Origin: Escherichia coli 042
GTDB taxonomy: Bacteria; Pseudomonadota; Gammaproteobacteria; Enterobacterales; Enterobacteriaceae
Assembly: GCF_000027125.1 (NCBI RefSeq)
Contig: NC_017626.1
Length of the DNA stretch: 64,000 nucleotides
Direction: 5' to 3' (one strand)
The translations under genes and the position numbers were made by a program. This document shows, in pieces, positions 17,209 through 27,261 of the stretch (its first letter is position 1; the number at the start of each line of letters is the position of its first letter). Under the pieces are notes generated by a model. It was given only the letters and a program-made list of their open reading frames with translations. It was not told the origin of the DNA and ran no database searches.

Positions 17209-19108
17209 TGCAGCCGGTGCGATAGCTACAGGGCTTTTATCTCTCATTATTCCTGTTCCACTGACGACAGTTCAGTGGGCCAATAAACATTATTACCTTC
17301 CTAAAGAGTCGTCTTATACCCCCGGGCGGTGGGAAACACTGCCGTTTCAGGTTGGCATCATGAACTGTATGGGCAACGATCTGATTCGCACGGTTAACCT
17401 GATTAAATCTGCCCGTGTTGGTTATACAAAGATGTTGCTGGGAGTGGAGGCTTATTTTATTGAGCATAAATCACGCAACAGCCTTCTTTTTCAGCCCACG
17501 GACTCAGCTGCTGAAGATTTTATGAAATCTCATGTTGAGCCAACGATAAGGGATGTTCCTGCATTGCTGGAGCTGGCTCCATGGTTCGGAAGAAAACACC
17601 GCGATAATACGCTCACCCTGAAGCGTTTTTCCTCCGGTGTGGGGTTCTGGTGTCTGGGTGGTGCGGCAGCAAAAAACTACCGTGAAAAATCCGTGGATGT
17701 GGTCTGTTATGACGAGCTTTCCTCGTTCGAACCGGATGTTGAAAAAGAGGGTTCGCCAACCCTGCTGGGGGATAAACGTATTGAGGGCTCTGTATGGCCA
17801 AAATCCATTCGCGGCTCGACGCCTAAAATCAAAGGCTCCTGCCAGATCGAAAAAGCCGCTAACGAGTCGGCACACTTCATGCGTTTTTATGTGCCCTGTC
17901 CGCACTGTGGGGAGGAGCAGTATCTGAAATTTGGCGATGATGCCTCGCCTTTCGGTCTTAAGTGGGAGAAGAATAAACCAGAAAGTGTTTTCTACCTTTG
18001 TGAGCATCATGGCTGTGTGATCCATCAGTCTGAGCTTGACCAGAGTAACGGGCGGTGGATCTGTGAAAACACGGGCATGTGGACCCGTGACGGCCTGATG
18101 TTTTTCAGCGCCCGGGGTGATGAAATTCCGCCGCCGCGTTCCATCACTTTCCATATCTGGACGGCGTACAGTCCGTTCACCACCTGGGTACAGATTGTCT
18201 ATGACTGGCTGGATGCACTGAAAGATCCCAACGGCCTGAAAACCTTTGTGAACACCACGCTGGGCGAGACCTGGGAAGAGGCCGTGGGCGAAAAACTCGA
18301 TCACCAGGTACTGATGGATAAGGTTGTGCGTTACACGGCGGCGGTGCCTGCCCGGGTGGTTTATCTGACGGCGGGCATTGACTCGCAGCGAAACCGTTTC
18401 GAGATGTATGTCTGGGGATGGGCTCCGGGAGAGGAAGCCTTTCTGGTGGATAAAATCATCATTATGGGGCGTCCCGATGAGGAAGAGACGCTGTTACGTT
18501 TGGATGCGGCGATCAACAAAAAATACCGCCATGCAGACGGAACCGAAATGACTATTTCCCGTGTCTGCTGGGACATCGGGGGGATCGATGGCGAAATCGT
18601 TTATCAGAGGTCAAAAAAACACGGTGTTTTCCGGGTGCTGCCGGTAAAAGGCGCATCTGTCTATGGCAAGCCGGTGATCACCATGCCAAAAACCCGCAAT
18701 CAGCGGGGCGTGTATCTGTGTGAAGTGGGGACGGACACCGCAAAAGAAATTCTCTATGCCCGTATGAAAGCCGATCCCACGCCTGTGGATGAAGCCACGT
18801 CGTATGCCATCCGTTTTCCTGATGATCCGGAGATTTTTTCGCAGACAGAGGCGCAGCAACTGGTCGCGGAAGAGCTTGTGGAGAAGTGGGAAAAAGGAAA
18901 GATGCGTCTGCTGTGGGATAACAAAAAGCGGCGTAACGAAGCGCTGGACTGCCTGGTGTATGCCTACGCGGCATTACGTGTGTCCGTGCAACGCTGGCAG
19001 CTTGATCTGGCTGTACTGGCAAAATCCCGGGAAGAAGAGACGACCCGGCCAACCCTTAAAGAACTGGCAGCGAAGCTGTCCGGAGGAGTGAATGGTTACA
19101 GTCGCTGA
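17180..19108 (+). CDS. A: Terminase large subunit A
   Basis: Long stretches identical to recalled lambda gpA ([11 protein letters not shown]..., [25 protein letters not shown]); ATG 17180 overlaps the Nu1 end. Confidence 0.9.
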   Translation: MISDAQKAANAAGAIATGLLSLIIPVPLTTVQWANKHYYLPKESSYTPGRWETLPFQVGIMNCMGNDLIRTVNLIKSARVGYTKMLLGVEAYFIEHKSRNSLLFQPTDSAAEDFMKSHVEPTIRDVPALLELAPWFGRKHRDNTLTLKRFSSGVGFWCLGGAAAKNYREKSVDVVCYDELSSFEPDVEKEGSPTLLGDKRIEGSVWPKSIRGSTPKIKGSCQIEKAANESAHFMRFYVPCPHCGEEQYLKFGDDASPFGLKWEKNKPESVFYLCEHHGCVIHQSELDQSNGRWICENTGMWTRDGLMFFSARGDEIPPPRSITFHIWTAYSPFTTWVQIVYDWLDALKDPNGLKTFVNTTLGETWEEAVGEKLDHQVLMDKVVRYTAAVPARVVYLTAGIDSQRNRFEMYVWGWAPGEEAFLVDKIIIMGRPDEEETLLRLDAAINKKYRHADGTEMTISRVCWDIGGIDGEIVYQRSKKHGVFRVLPVKGASVYGKPVITMPKTRNQRGVYLCEVGTDTAKEILYARMKADPTPVDEATSYAIRFPDDPEIFSQTEAQQLVAEELVEKWEKGKMRLLWDNKKRRNEALDCLVYAYAALRVSVQRWQLDLAVLAKSREEETTRPTLKELAAKLSGGVNGYSR

Positions 19109-19298
19109 ACTGCAGGCGCTGCGTCAGGCGCGCCTTGATTTATTAACCGGTAAACGGGTGGTGTCTGTCCAGAAAGATGGTCGCAGAATTGAATATACGG
19201 CGGCTTCTCTGGATGAGCTTAACCGGGCGATCAATGATGCGGAGTCGGTACTGGGGACAACCCGGCGTCGCCGTCGTCCGCTGGGAGTGAGGTTATGA
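19092..19298 (+). CDS. W: Head-tail joining protein W
   Basis: 68 aa, lambda W size and position. Confidence 0.85.
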   Translation: MVTVAELQALRQARLDLLTGKRVVSVQKDGRRIEYTAASLDELNRAINDAESVLGTTRRRRRPLGVRL

Positions 19299-20887
19299 AA
19301 CGAACGCCTGTCCTGATTGATGTGAACGGCGTTCCGCTTCGTGATAGTCTCAGCTACAACGGGGGCGGTGCAGGATTTGGCGGGCAAATGGCTGAGTGGT
19401 TGCCACCGGCGCAGAGTGCCGATGCGGCCCTGCTGCCCGCGTTGCGTCTGGGGAATGCCCGGGCAGATGATCTGGTGCGCAATAACGGAATAGCGGCTAA
19501 TGCGGTGGCTCTGCATAAGGATCACATTGTCGGGCATATGTTTCTGATCAGCTACCGTCCGAACTGGCGCTGGCTGGGGATGCGGGAGACCGCAGCAAAA
19601 AGCTTTGTCGATGAGGTGGAGGCGGCCTGGTCGGAATACGCCGAAGGGATGTTTGGCGAGATCGACGTGGAAGGAAAACGCACCTTCACGGAATTTATCC
19701 GTGAAGGTGTGGGCGTTCATGCGTTTAACGGCGAAATCTTTGTGCAGCCGGTCTGGGATACGGAAACCACGCAGTTATTCCGTACGCGTTTTAAAGCCGT
19801 GAGTCCGAAACGGGTGGACACGCCTGGACACGGTATGGGGAACCGTTTTCTGCGGGCCGGTGTGGAGGTCGATCGATATGGCCGTGCCGTCGCGTACCAT
19901 ATCTGTGAGGATGATTTTCCGTTCTCTGGTAGTGGACGATGGGAACGGATCCCGCGTGAACTTCCCACCGGGCGTCCGGCCATGCTGCATATTTTCGAGC
20001 CGGTGGAGGACGGGCAGACCCGTGGGGCTAATCAGTTTTACAGCGTCATGGAACGGCTGAAGATGCTCGATTCCCTGCAGGCAACACAGCTTCAGTCGGC
20101 CATAGTGAAGGCGATGTATGCAGCGACGATTGAAAGTGAACTTGATACCGAAAAGGCCTTTGAATATATCGCCGGCGCGCCACAGGAGCAGAAGGATAAT
20201 CCGCTTATTAATATTCTGGAGAAGTTCTCCAGCTGGTATGACACGAATAACGTGACACTGGGCGGTGTCAAAATTCCGCACCTTTTCCCTGGTGATGATC
20301 TGAAACTACAGACTGCGCAGGATTCAGACAATGGATTTTCTGCGCTTGAACAGGCGCTGCTGCGGTATATCGCCGCCGGTCTTGGCGTTTCCTACGAACA
20401 GTTGTCCCGTGATTACTCGAAGGTCAGTTACTCAAGTGCCCGCGCCTCCGCCAATGAGTCGTGGCGCTATTTTATGGGGCGGCGAAAATTTATTGCGGCC
20501 CGGCTGGCCACGCAGATGTTTTCCTGCTGGCTGGAAGAGGCACTTCTTCGGGGGATTATTCGTCCGCCACGGGCACGTTTTGATTTTTATCAGGCGCGAT
20601 CAGCCTGGTCACGGGCAGAGTGGATTGGTGCCGGAAGAATGGCCATTGACGGGCTCAAGGAAGTCCAGGAATCAGTGATGCGCATTGAGGCCGGACTGAG
20701 CACGTATGAGAAAGAGCTGGCGCTGATGGGCGAGGATTATCAGGACATTTTCCGCCAGCAGGTCAGGGAATCTGCTGAGCGGCAAAAAGCCGGACTCTCA
20801 CGTCCGGTGTGGATAGCGCAGGCGTATCAGCAGCAGATAGCGGAGAGTCGCAGGCCGGAAGAGGAGACAACACCACGTGAGACGTAA
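19295..20887 (+). CDS. B: Portal protein B
   Basis: 530 aa, lambda gpB size and position. Confidence 0.9.
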   Translation: MKRTPVLIDVNGVPLRDSLSYNGGGAGFGGQMAEWLPPAQSADAALLPALRLGNARADDLVRNNGIAANAVALHKDHIVGHMFLISYRPNWRWLGMRETAAKSFVDEVEAAWSEYAEGMFGEIDVEGKRTFTEFIREGVGVHAFNGEIFVQPVWDTETTQLFRTRFKAVSPKRVDTPGHGMGNRFLRAGVEVDRYGRAVAYHICEDDFPFSGSGRWERIPRELPTGRPAMLHIFEPVEDGQTRGANQFYSVMERLKMLDSLQATQLQSAIVKAMYAATIESELDTEKAFEYIAGAPQEQKDNPLINILEKFSSWYDTNNVTLGGVKIPHLFPGDDLKLQTAQDSDNGFSALEQALLRYIAAGLGVSYEQLSRDYSKVSYSSARASANESWRYFMGRRKFIAARLATQMFSCWLEEALLRGIIRPPRARFDFYQARSAWSRAEWIGAGRMAIDGLKEVQESVMRIEAGLSTYEKELALMGEDYQDIFRQQVRESAERQKAGLSRPVWIAQAYQQQIAESRRPEEETTPRET

Positions 20888-22382
20888 TCTTTCACACATT
20901 ATTGCCGCAGCATTCAATGAACCGCTGCTTCTGGAGCCCGCCTATGCGCGGGTTTTCTTTTGCGCGCTCGGGCGCGAGATGGGGGCAGCAAGTCTTTCGG
21001 TACCACAACAGCAGGTACAGCTTGATGCTCCCGGAATGCTGGCTGAAACGGACGAGTATATGGCCGGAGGTAAACGACCGGCCCGTGTTTACCGGGTGGT
21101 GAACGGTATTGCTGTACTGCCGGTGACCGGCACGCTGGTGCACCGGCTGGGTGGTATGCGGCCATTTTCCGGAATGACAGGCTATGACGGCATTGTCGCC
21201 TGTCTTCAGCAGGCAATGGCGGATAGCCAGGTGCGGGGCGTACTGCTGGACATTGACAGTCCGGGCGGGCAGGCCGCCGGCGCGTTTGACTGCGCTGACA
21301 TGATTTACCGCCTCCGTCAGCAGAAGCCGGTCTGGGCACTGTGCAATGACACGGCCTGTTCTGCAGCCATGCTGCTGGCGTCTGCCTGCTCCCGACGGCT
21401 GGTTACCCAGACATCCCGTATCGGCTCCATTGGCGTGATGATGAGCCATGTCAGCTATGCCGGTCATCTGGCGCAGGCCGGTGTGGATATCACGCTGATT
21501 TACTCAGGGGCGCACAAGGTGGATGGCAATCAGTTTGAAGCGTTGCCGGCAGAGGTTCGCCAGGACATGCAGCAGCGGATTGATGCGGCGCGCCGGATGT
21601 TTGCCGAAAAAGTGGCGATGTTTACCGGTCTGTCTGTTGATGCAGTCACGGGAACAGAGGCCGCCGTTTTTGAAGGTCAGTCCGGCATTGAGGCCGGGCT
21701 GGCGGATGAATTAATCAATGCGTCGGATGCCATCAGTGTGATGGCCACGGCGCTGAACAGTAATGTCAGAGGAGGCACTATGCCGCAATTAACTGCAACG
21801 GAAGCCGCCGTGCAGGAGAACCAGCGAGTGATGGGGATCCTGACATGCCAGGAAGCGAAAGGACGTGAACAGCTTGCCACGATGCTGGCAGGGCAACAGG
21901 GCATGAGCGTTGAACAGGCCCGGGCGATTCTGGCCGCGGCGGCACCGCAGCAGCCGGTGGCATCCGCGCAGAGTGAAGCCGATCGCATTATGGCGTGTGA
22001 AGAAGCGAACGGTCGTGAACAACTGGCGGCAACGCTGGCGGCGATGCCGGAGATGACGGTGGAAAAAGCCCGCCCGATCCTGGCGGCTGCACCACTGGCG
22101 GATGCCGGGCCCTCACTTCGTGATCAGATCATGGCCCTGGATGAGGCAAAAGGGGCAGAAGCGCAGGCTGAAAAACTGGCGGCCTGCCCGGGAATGACCG
22201 TGGAGAACGCCCGGGCTGTGCTGGCTGCGGGATCAGGTAAGGCCGAACCGGTCTCTGCATCCACAACCGCCCTGTTTGAACATTTCATGGCGAATCATTC
22301 ACCGGCAGCGGTGCGGGGTGGCGTGTCACAGACGTCAGCAGACGGTGATGCGGACGTGAAAATGCTCATGGCCATGCCATGA
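20877..22382 (+). CDS. C: Head protease/scaffold C (S49 peptidase; Nu3-like C-terminus with triplicated module)
   Basis: N-terminus FNEPLLLEPAYARVFFCAL as in lambda C; three tandem ~42-aa repeats near the C-terminus. Confidence 0.85.
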   Translation: MRRNLSHIIAAAFNEPLLLEPAYARVFFCALGREMGAASLSVPQQQVQLDAPGMLAETDEYMAGGKRPARVYRVVNGIAVLPVTGTLVHRLGGMRPFSGMTGYDGIVACLQQAMADSQVRGVLLDIDSPGGQAAGAFDCADMIYRLRQQKPVWALCNDTACSAAMLLASACSRRLVTQTSRIGSIGVMMSHVSYAGHLAQAGVDITLIYSGAHKVDGNQFEALPAEVRQDMQQRIDAARRMFAEKVAMFTGLSVDAVTGTEAAVFEGQSGIEAGLADELINASDAISVMATALNSNVRGGTMPQLTATEAAVQENQRVMGILTCQEAKGREQLATMLAGQQGMSVEQARAILAAAAPQQPVASAQSEADRIMACEEANGREQLAATLAAMPEMTVEKARPILAAAPLADAGPSLRDQIMALDEAKGAEAQAEKLAACPGMTVENARAVLAAGSGKAEPVSASTTALFEHFMANHSPAAVRGGVSQTSADGDADVKMLMAMP

Positions 22383-22418
22383 AGTCAGTGCTGACCATCA
22401 ATATGAGGTTTTAACAAA

Positions 22419-22766
22419 ATGGTGACGAAAACCATCACTGAACAGCGTGCGGAAGTACGTATTTTTGCCGGTAATGATCCGGCTCATACCGCCACAGGCA
22501 GCAGCGGGATTTCTTCTGCAACACCGGCTCTGACGCCCCTGATGCTGGATGAAGCCACCGGGAAACTGGTGGTCTGGGATGGACAGAAAGCCGGTAGTGC
22601 GGTTGGCATACTGGTACTGCCGCTTGAAGGCACAGAGACGGTGCTGACCTATTACAAGTCGGGGACCTTTGCGACGGAGGCAATCCGCTGGCCTGACAGT
22701 GTGGATGAACACAAAAAGGCAAATGCCTTTGCCGGCACAGCCCTGAGTCACGCGGCTCTGCCGTAA
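22419..22766 (+). CDS. D: Head decoration protein D
   Basis: 115 aa; DPAHTAT...TPLMLD...WDG...YKSGTF motifs as in lambda gpD. Confidence 0.9.
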   Translation: MVTKTITEQRAEVRIFAGNDPAHTATGSSGISSATPALTPLMLDEATGKLVVWDGQKAGSAVGILVLPLEGTETVLTYYKSGTFATEAIRWPDSVDEHKKANAFAGTALSHAALP

Positions 22767-22823
22767 CACGTTATCAGGCCACCATGGTGGCCTGACTGAT
22801 TTCTGAATGAAAGGAACTGATTT

Positions 22824-23852
22824 ATGGGATTGTTTACGACCCGCCAGTTACTCGGTTATACCGAACAAAAAGTTAAATTCCGTGCGCTATTTCTGGAGCT
22901 GTTTTTCCGCCGTACGGTGAATTTCCACACCGAAGAGGTGATGCTGGACAAAATTACCGGAAAAACGCCGGTGGCGGCCTATGTCTCCCCGATCGTTGAA
23001 GGAAAAGTGCTGCGCCATCGTGGTGGTGAAACCCGCGTGTTGCGTCCGGGCTACGTCAAGCCGAAACACGAATTTAATTACCAGCAGGCGGTTGAGCGCC
23101 TTCCCGGTGAAGATCCGGCTCAGCTGAACGACCCGGCCTACCGTCGTCTGCGTATCATTACCGATAACCTCAAACAGGAAGAGCACGCTATTGTCCAGGT
23201 GGAAGAAATGCAGGCGGTGAATGCCGTGCTGTATGGCAAATACACCATGGAAGGGGAACAGTTTGACACGGTCGAGGTGGATTTCGGACGCTCTGAAGGA
23301 AATAACATTGAGCAGGCCGACGGTAAAAAATGGTCTGAGCAGGACCGTGATACGTTTGATCCGACGCATGATATTGACCTTTACTGCGATCAGGCCAGCG
23401 GTCTTGTGAATATTGCCATTATGGACGGTACGGTCTGGCGTCTGCTGAATGGCTTTAAGCTGTTCCGCGAAAAACTGGATACCCGTCGCGGCTCAAATTC
23501 ACAACTCGAAACGGCAGTGAAAGACCTGGGGGCGGTGGTGTCTTTCAAAGGGTATTACGGTGATCTGGCCATTGTGGTGGCGAAAACGTCTTATGTGGCA
23601 GACGACGGTACCGAAAAACGTTATCTGCCGGAGGGCACACTGGTCCTGGGGAATACGGCAGCAGAGGGCATTCGTTGCTATGGTGCCATTCAGGATGCGC
23701 AGGCGTTGTCCGAAGGTGTGGTGGCCTCTTCCCGTTATCCGAAACACTGGCTGACTGTGGGCGATCCGGCCCGTGAATTCACCATGACGCAGTCCGCACC
23801 GCTGATGGTGCTGCCGGATCCGGATGAGTTTGTGGTGGTGCAGGTGAAATAA
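22824..23852 (+). CDS. E: Major capsid protein E
   Basis: 342 aa, lambda gpE size and position. Confidence 0.9.
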   Translation: MGLFTTRQLLGYTEQKVKFRALFLELFFRRTVNFHTEEVMLDKITGKTPVAAYVSPIVEGKVLRHRGGETRVLRPGYVKPKHEFNYQQAVERLPGEDPAQLNDPAYRRLRIITDNLKQEEHAIVQVEEMQAVNAVLYGKYTMEGEQFDTVEVDFGRSEGNNIEQADGKKWSEQDRDTFDPTHDIDLYCDQASGLVNIAIMDGTVWRLLNGFKLFREKLDTRRGSNSQLETAVKDLGAVVSFKGYYGDLAIVVAKTSYVADDGTEKRYLPEGTLVLGNTAAEGIRCYGAIQDAQALSEGVVASSRYPKHWLTVGDPAREFTMTQSAPLMVLPDPDEFVVVQVK

Positions 23853-23894
23853 TCCGTGAGCGGGGGCGAAATGCCCCCGTGTCTTTTTTCACAG

Positions 23895-24287
23895 GAGGCT
23901 GAGATGGCAACAAAAGAAGAAAATCTGAATCGTCTTCGTCAACTGGCTGGCCTGCTGGGGCGCGAGGCGGATATGTCGGGGAGTGCTGCGGATATTGCTC
24001 AACGTGTGTCTGAGTGGGAAGAGGAGCTTGCTGTTTCCCCGGAGGGCATTATGCACTCTGATGAGAGCGGGGCTGATCAAAATCACACAGACGATGGTGA
24101 GCAGTTGAACAACACGGATGCTCCGGATGATGTTAAAGCCGTCCGGGTACGGAAGTGCCTGCAAGTAATGGGGTATTGCCCGGAGACAGGTCGTCCCGTT
24201 GAGCTGGCGTTACGGGGTATGCGTGTTCTGGTGCCATCATCACTGGCAACGGCCATGATACAGCACGGAACGGCTGAATATGCGTGA
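23895..24287 (+). CDS. FI: DNA packaging protein FI
   Basis: ATG 23895 within ORF 23856..24287; ~130 aa as lambda FI. Confidence 0.7.
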   Translation, partial: EAEMATKEENLNRLRQLAGLLGREADMSGSAADIAQRVSEWEEELAVSPEGIMHSDESGADQNHTDDGEQLNNTDAPDDVKAVRVRKCLQVMGYCPETGRPVELALRGMRVLVPSSLATAMIQHGTAEYA

Positions 24288-24633
24288 TTTTCAGAATGCC
24301 TTTGATGCTGCCCTTGCCGGGGTGGACAGTACGATCGTTGAAGTGATGGGGATCCGTGCGCAGTTCACCTCCGGAGCACAACGTGGCGGCGAAGTTCAGG
24401 GGGTTTTTGACGATCCGGAGTCGCTGGGTTTTGCCGGTGGCGGGGTCCGTATTGAAGGAAGCAGCCCGTCATTATTTGTGCGGACGGATACGGTGCGTGC
24501 CGTGCGGCGTGGTGACACGCTGACCATTAACGGCGAGATGTTCTGGGTGGATCGTGTTTCTCCGGATGACGGGGGAAGCTGTTATCTCTGGCTCAACCGT
24601 GGGCAACCACCCGCTGTTAACCGGCGACGATAA
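24280..24633 (+). CDS. FII: Head-tail connector FII
   Basis: 117 aa, lambda FII size and position. Confidence 0.85.
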   Translation: MRDFQNAFDAALAGVDSTIVEVMGIRAQFTSGAQRGGEVQGVFDDPESLGFAGGGVRIEGSSPSLFVRTDTVRAVRRGDTLTINGEMFWVDRVSPDDGGSCYLWLNRGQPPAVNRRR

Positions 24634-24648
24634 ACGCAGGGTGAAATT

Positions 24649-25224
24649 ATGGCGATAAAAGGGCTTGATCAGGCGATTGATAATCTGAGCCGGGTTCGTA
24701 AAAACGCCATTCCGGCTGCTTCTGCAATGACCATTAACCGCGTGGCCACAACGGCGATTAATCAGTCTTCGTCACAGGTTGCCCGGGAAACCAGGGTGAG
24801 ACGGAAACTGGTAAAGGAACGGTCCAGACTGAAACGGGCGACGGTCAGAAATCCGAATGCCAGAATTATCGTTAACCGCGGTGATCTCCCTGTGATTAAG
24901 CTGGGGATCAGAATGCTGGGGCGTCGTCCGAACAGCATACTCAAAGCCGGTCAGCATCGTTATCAGCGGGCATTTATCCAGCGATTAAATAATGGGCGCT
25001 GGCATGTTATGCAACGTCTTCCCCAGGCCAGATATGAGGAGGGCAATGACGACAAGGGAAGGAAAAAGCGTAATCGCCTTCCCATTCAGGTGGTGAAAAT
25101 CCCGATGGCGGCCCCACTGAAACAGGCATTTGATGAGAATGTTGACCGTATCCGGCGTGAACGCCTGCCCGGAGAACTGGCATCCGCGCTGAAACAACAA
25201 CTGAGGATTGCGATAAAACGATGA
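24649..25224 (+). CDS. Z: Tail completion protein Z
   Basis: 191 aa, lambda Z size and position. Confidence 0.85.
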   Translation: MAIKGLDQAIDNLSRVRKNAIPAASAMTINRVATTAINQSSSQVARETRVRRKLVKERSRLKRATVRNPNARIIVNRGDLPVIKLGIRMLGRRPNSILKAGQHRYQRAFIQRLNNGRWHVMQRLPQARYEEGNDDKGRKKRNRLPIQVVKIPMAAPLKQAFDENVDRIRRERLPGELASALKQQLRIAIKR

Positions 25225-25616
25225 AACACACTGATATCCGTGCTGCAGTGCTGGATGTACTCGAGCAGCATGAACACGGGGCGACGCTGTTTGATGGTCG
25301 CCCCGTTGTTTTTGACGAAGAGGATTTTCCTGCGATCGCGGTTTATCTGACGGATGCAGAGTATACCGGTGAAGAGCTGGATGCAGATACCTGGCGGGCC
25401 ACACTGCATATTGAGGTGTTTTTACCGGCACAGGTACCGGATTCAGAGCTTGATCAGTGGATGGAAAGCCGGATTTATCCGGCGATGACTGCGATCCCGG
25501 CACTGGCAGGACTGATTACCACGATGGTTACGCAGGGCTATGAGTATCGTCGTGATGACGATATGGCGTTATGGAGCTCTGCGGATCTGACTTATTCCAT
25601 TACATACGAGATGTGA
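25221..25616 (+). CDS. U: Tail terminator U
   Basis: 131 aa, lambda U size and position. Confidence 0.85.
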   Translation: MKHTDIRAAVLDVLEQHEHGATLFDGRPVVFDEEDFPAIAVYLTDAEYTGEELDADTWRATLHIEVFLPAQVPDSELDQWMESRIYPAMTAIPALAGLITTMVTQGYEYRRDDDMALWSSADLTYSITYEM

Positions 25617-25623
25617 GGACGAT

Positions 25624-26376
25624 ATGGCAACACCAAATCCCCTGGAGCCAGTAAAAGGTGCCGGTACCACTCTGTGGGTTTACAACGGCAAGGGTGATGC
25701 TTATGCAAACCCGTTGTCAGACGCTGACTGGCAGCGACTGGCTAAGGTGAAGGATCTGACGCCGGGCGAGATGACGGCAGAATCCTACGATGATAACTAC
25801 CTGGATGATGAAGACGCAGACTGGACCGCGACCGGGCAGGGGCAGAAATCTGCAGGTGATACCAGTTTTACGCTGGCCTGGAAACCGGGAGAGGAAGGTC
25901 AGAAAGGGCTTATAGGCTGGTTTGAAAGCGGCGATGTCCGGGCCTATAAAATCCGTTTTCCGAATGGCACGGTGGATGTGTTTCGTGGCTGGGTCAGCAG
26001 TATCGGTAAGGCCGTGACGGCGAAAGAAGTGATCACCCGCACGGTGAAAGTCACTAACGTGGGTAAACCTTCTGTAGCGGAAGAACGCAGCAAAATTACG
26101 CCGGTCAGTGCGATTAAGGTGACGCCGACATCCGGTACGGTGGCAAAAGGGAAAACAACCACCCTGACGGTTTCTTTTGAGCCGGAAAGTGCAACCGACA
26201 AGACGTTCAGAGCGGTTTCCGCCGATCCGTCGAAAGCCACCATTAGTGTGAAAGATATGACAATTACGGTAAACGGCATGGCGACAGGTAAGGTGCAGAT
26301 CCCTGTGGTGAGCGGAAATGGTCAGTTCGCCGCAGTGGCTGAAGTCACCGTTACTGAAGCGGGCGCTGCAGGGTAA
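25624..26376 (+). CDS. V: Major tail tube protein V (with C-terminal Ig-like domain)
   Basis: 250 aa, lambda V size and position. Confidence 0.9.
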   Translation: MATPNPLEPVKGAGTTLWVYNGKGDAYANPLSDADWQRLAKVKDLTPGEMTAESYDDNYLDDEDADWTATGQGQKSAGDTSFTLAWKPGEEGQKGLIGWFESGDVRAYKIRFPNGTVDVFRGWVSSIGKAVTAKEVITRTVKVTNVGKPSVAEERSKITPVSAIKVTPTSGTVAKGKTTTLTVSFEPESATDKTFRAVSADPSKATISVKDMTITVNGMATGKVQIPVVSGNGQFAAVAEVTVTEAGAAG

Positions 26377-26389
26377 ACGGAGGTAATAC

Positions 26390-26821
26390 ATGTTTCTGAA
26401 AACAGAACAATTTGAATATAACGGTGTGTCTGTCACGCTTTCCGAATTGTCTGCGCTGCAGCGTATCGAGCATCTTGCCCTCCTGAAACGGCGTGCAGAA
26501 CAGGCAGAATCCAGCGGCAACCTGCAGGTAAGCGTGGAAGATCTCGTCAGAACCGGCGCGTTTCTGGTGGCGATGTCCCTGTGGCATAACCATCCGCAGA
26601 AAACGGGGTCACCGTCAATGAATGAGGCCGTGATGAAGATAGAGCAGGAAGTGCTCACCACCTGGCCTGCCGATGCCATTGCCCGGGCGGAAGACGTGGT
26701 GTTGTGCCTGTCCGGGATGATCGAAGCTGTTCGTCCGGATACTGATATTACTGAAGTGGCGAAAAATAACACGCTGACTGATGATGATTTTTCTGCGGGA
26801 AAGTCTTCGACGGCGAGCTGA
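26390..26821 (+). CDS. G: Tail assembly chaperone G
   Basis: 143 aa; ends ...DDFSAGKSSTAS just after the slippery heptamer. Confidence 0.9.
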   Translation: MFLKTEQFEYNGVSVTLSELSALQRIEHLALLKRRAEQAESSGNLQVSVEDLVRTGAFLVAMSLWHNHPQKTGSPSMNEAVMKIEQEVLTTWPADAIARAEDVVLCLSGMIEAVRPDTDITEVAKNNTLTDDDFSAGKSSTAS

Positions 26822-27261
26822 ACTTTGCCCTCAGACTGGCGCGTGAGATGGGGAGACCCGACTGGCGCGCCATGCTTGCCGGGATGACATCCACCGAATA
26901 TGCCGACTGGCACCGTTTTTACCGCACGCATTATTTTCAGGATACCCAGCTGGATATGCATTTTTCCGGGCTGACGTACGCTGTACTCAGCCTGTTTTTT
27001 TGCGATCCGGATATGCATCCCTCTGATTTCAGTCTGCTTGTCCCCCGGCATGAGGAAGAGCAGGTGGAGAGGCCGGATGAGGACAAAATGCTGATGCAGA
27101 AAGCGGCAGGACTTGCCGGAGGCGTCCGGTTCGGTGGGGACGGAGGGCGCGATATTTTATCGTCTGCGGATGTGGCGGATGTCATGGTGGATGATGCCGC
27201 ATTAATGATGGCTTCAGCGGGGATTCCGGGAGGTGTGAGATATGTCCCAGCCGGTTGGTGA
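26390..27261 (+). CDS. T: G-T fusion made by -1 programmed ribosomal frameshift
   Basis: G GGA AAG slippery heptamer at 26797-26803; the -1 frame is open from the slip site to 27261. Confidence 0.8.

Noticed and set aside
17504-18304. 266-aa minus-strand ORF antisense to terminase A, and similar antisense ORFs in B, C, H and J
   Set aside because: They are embedded in strongly lambda-like sense genes; shadow ORFs expected in GC-rich coding sequence.
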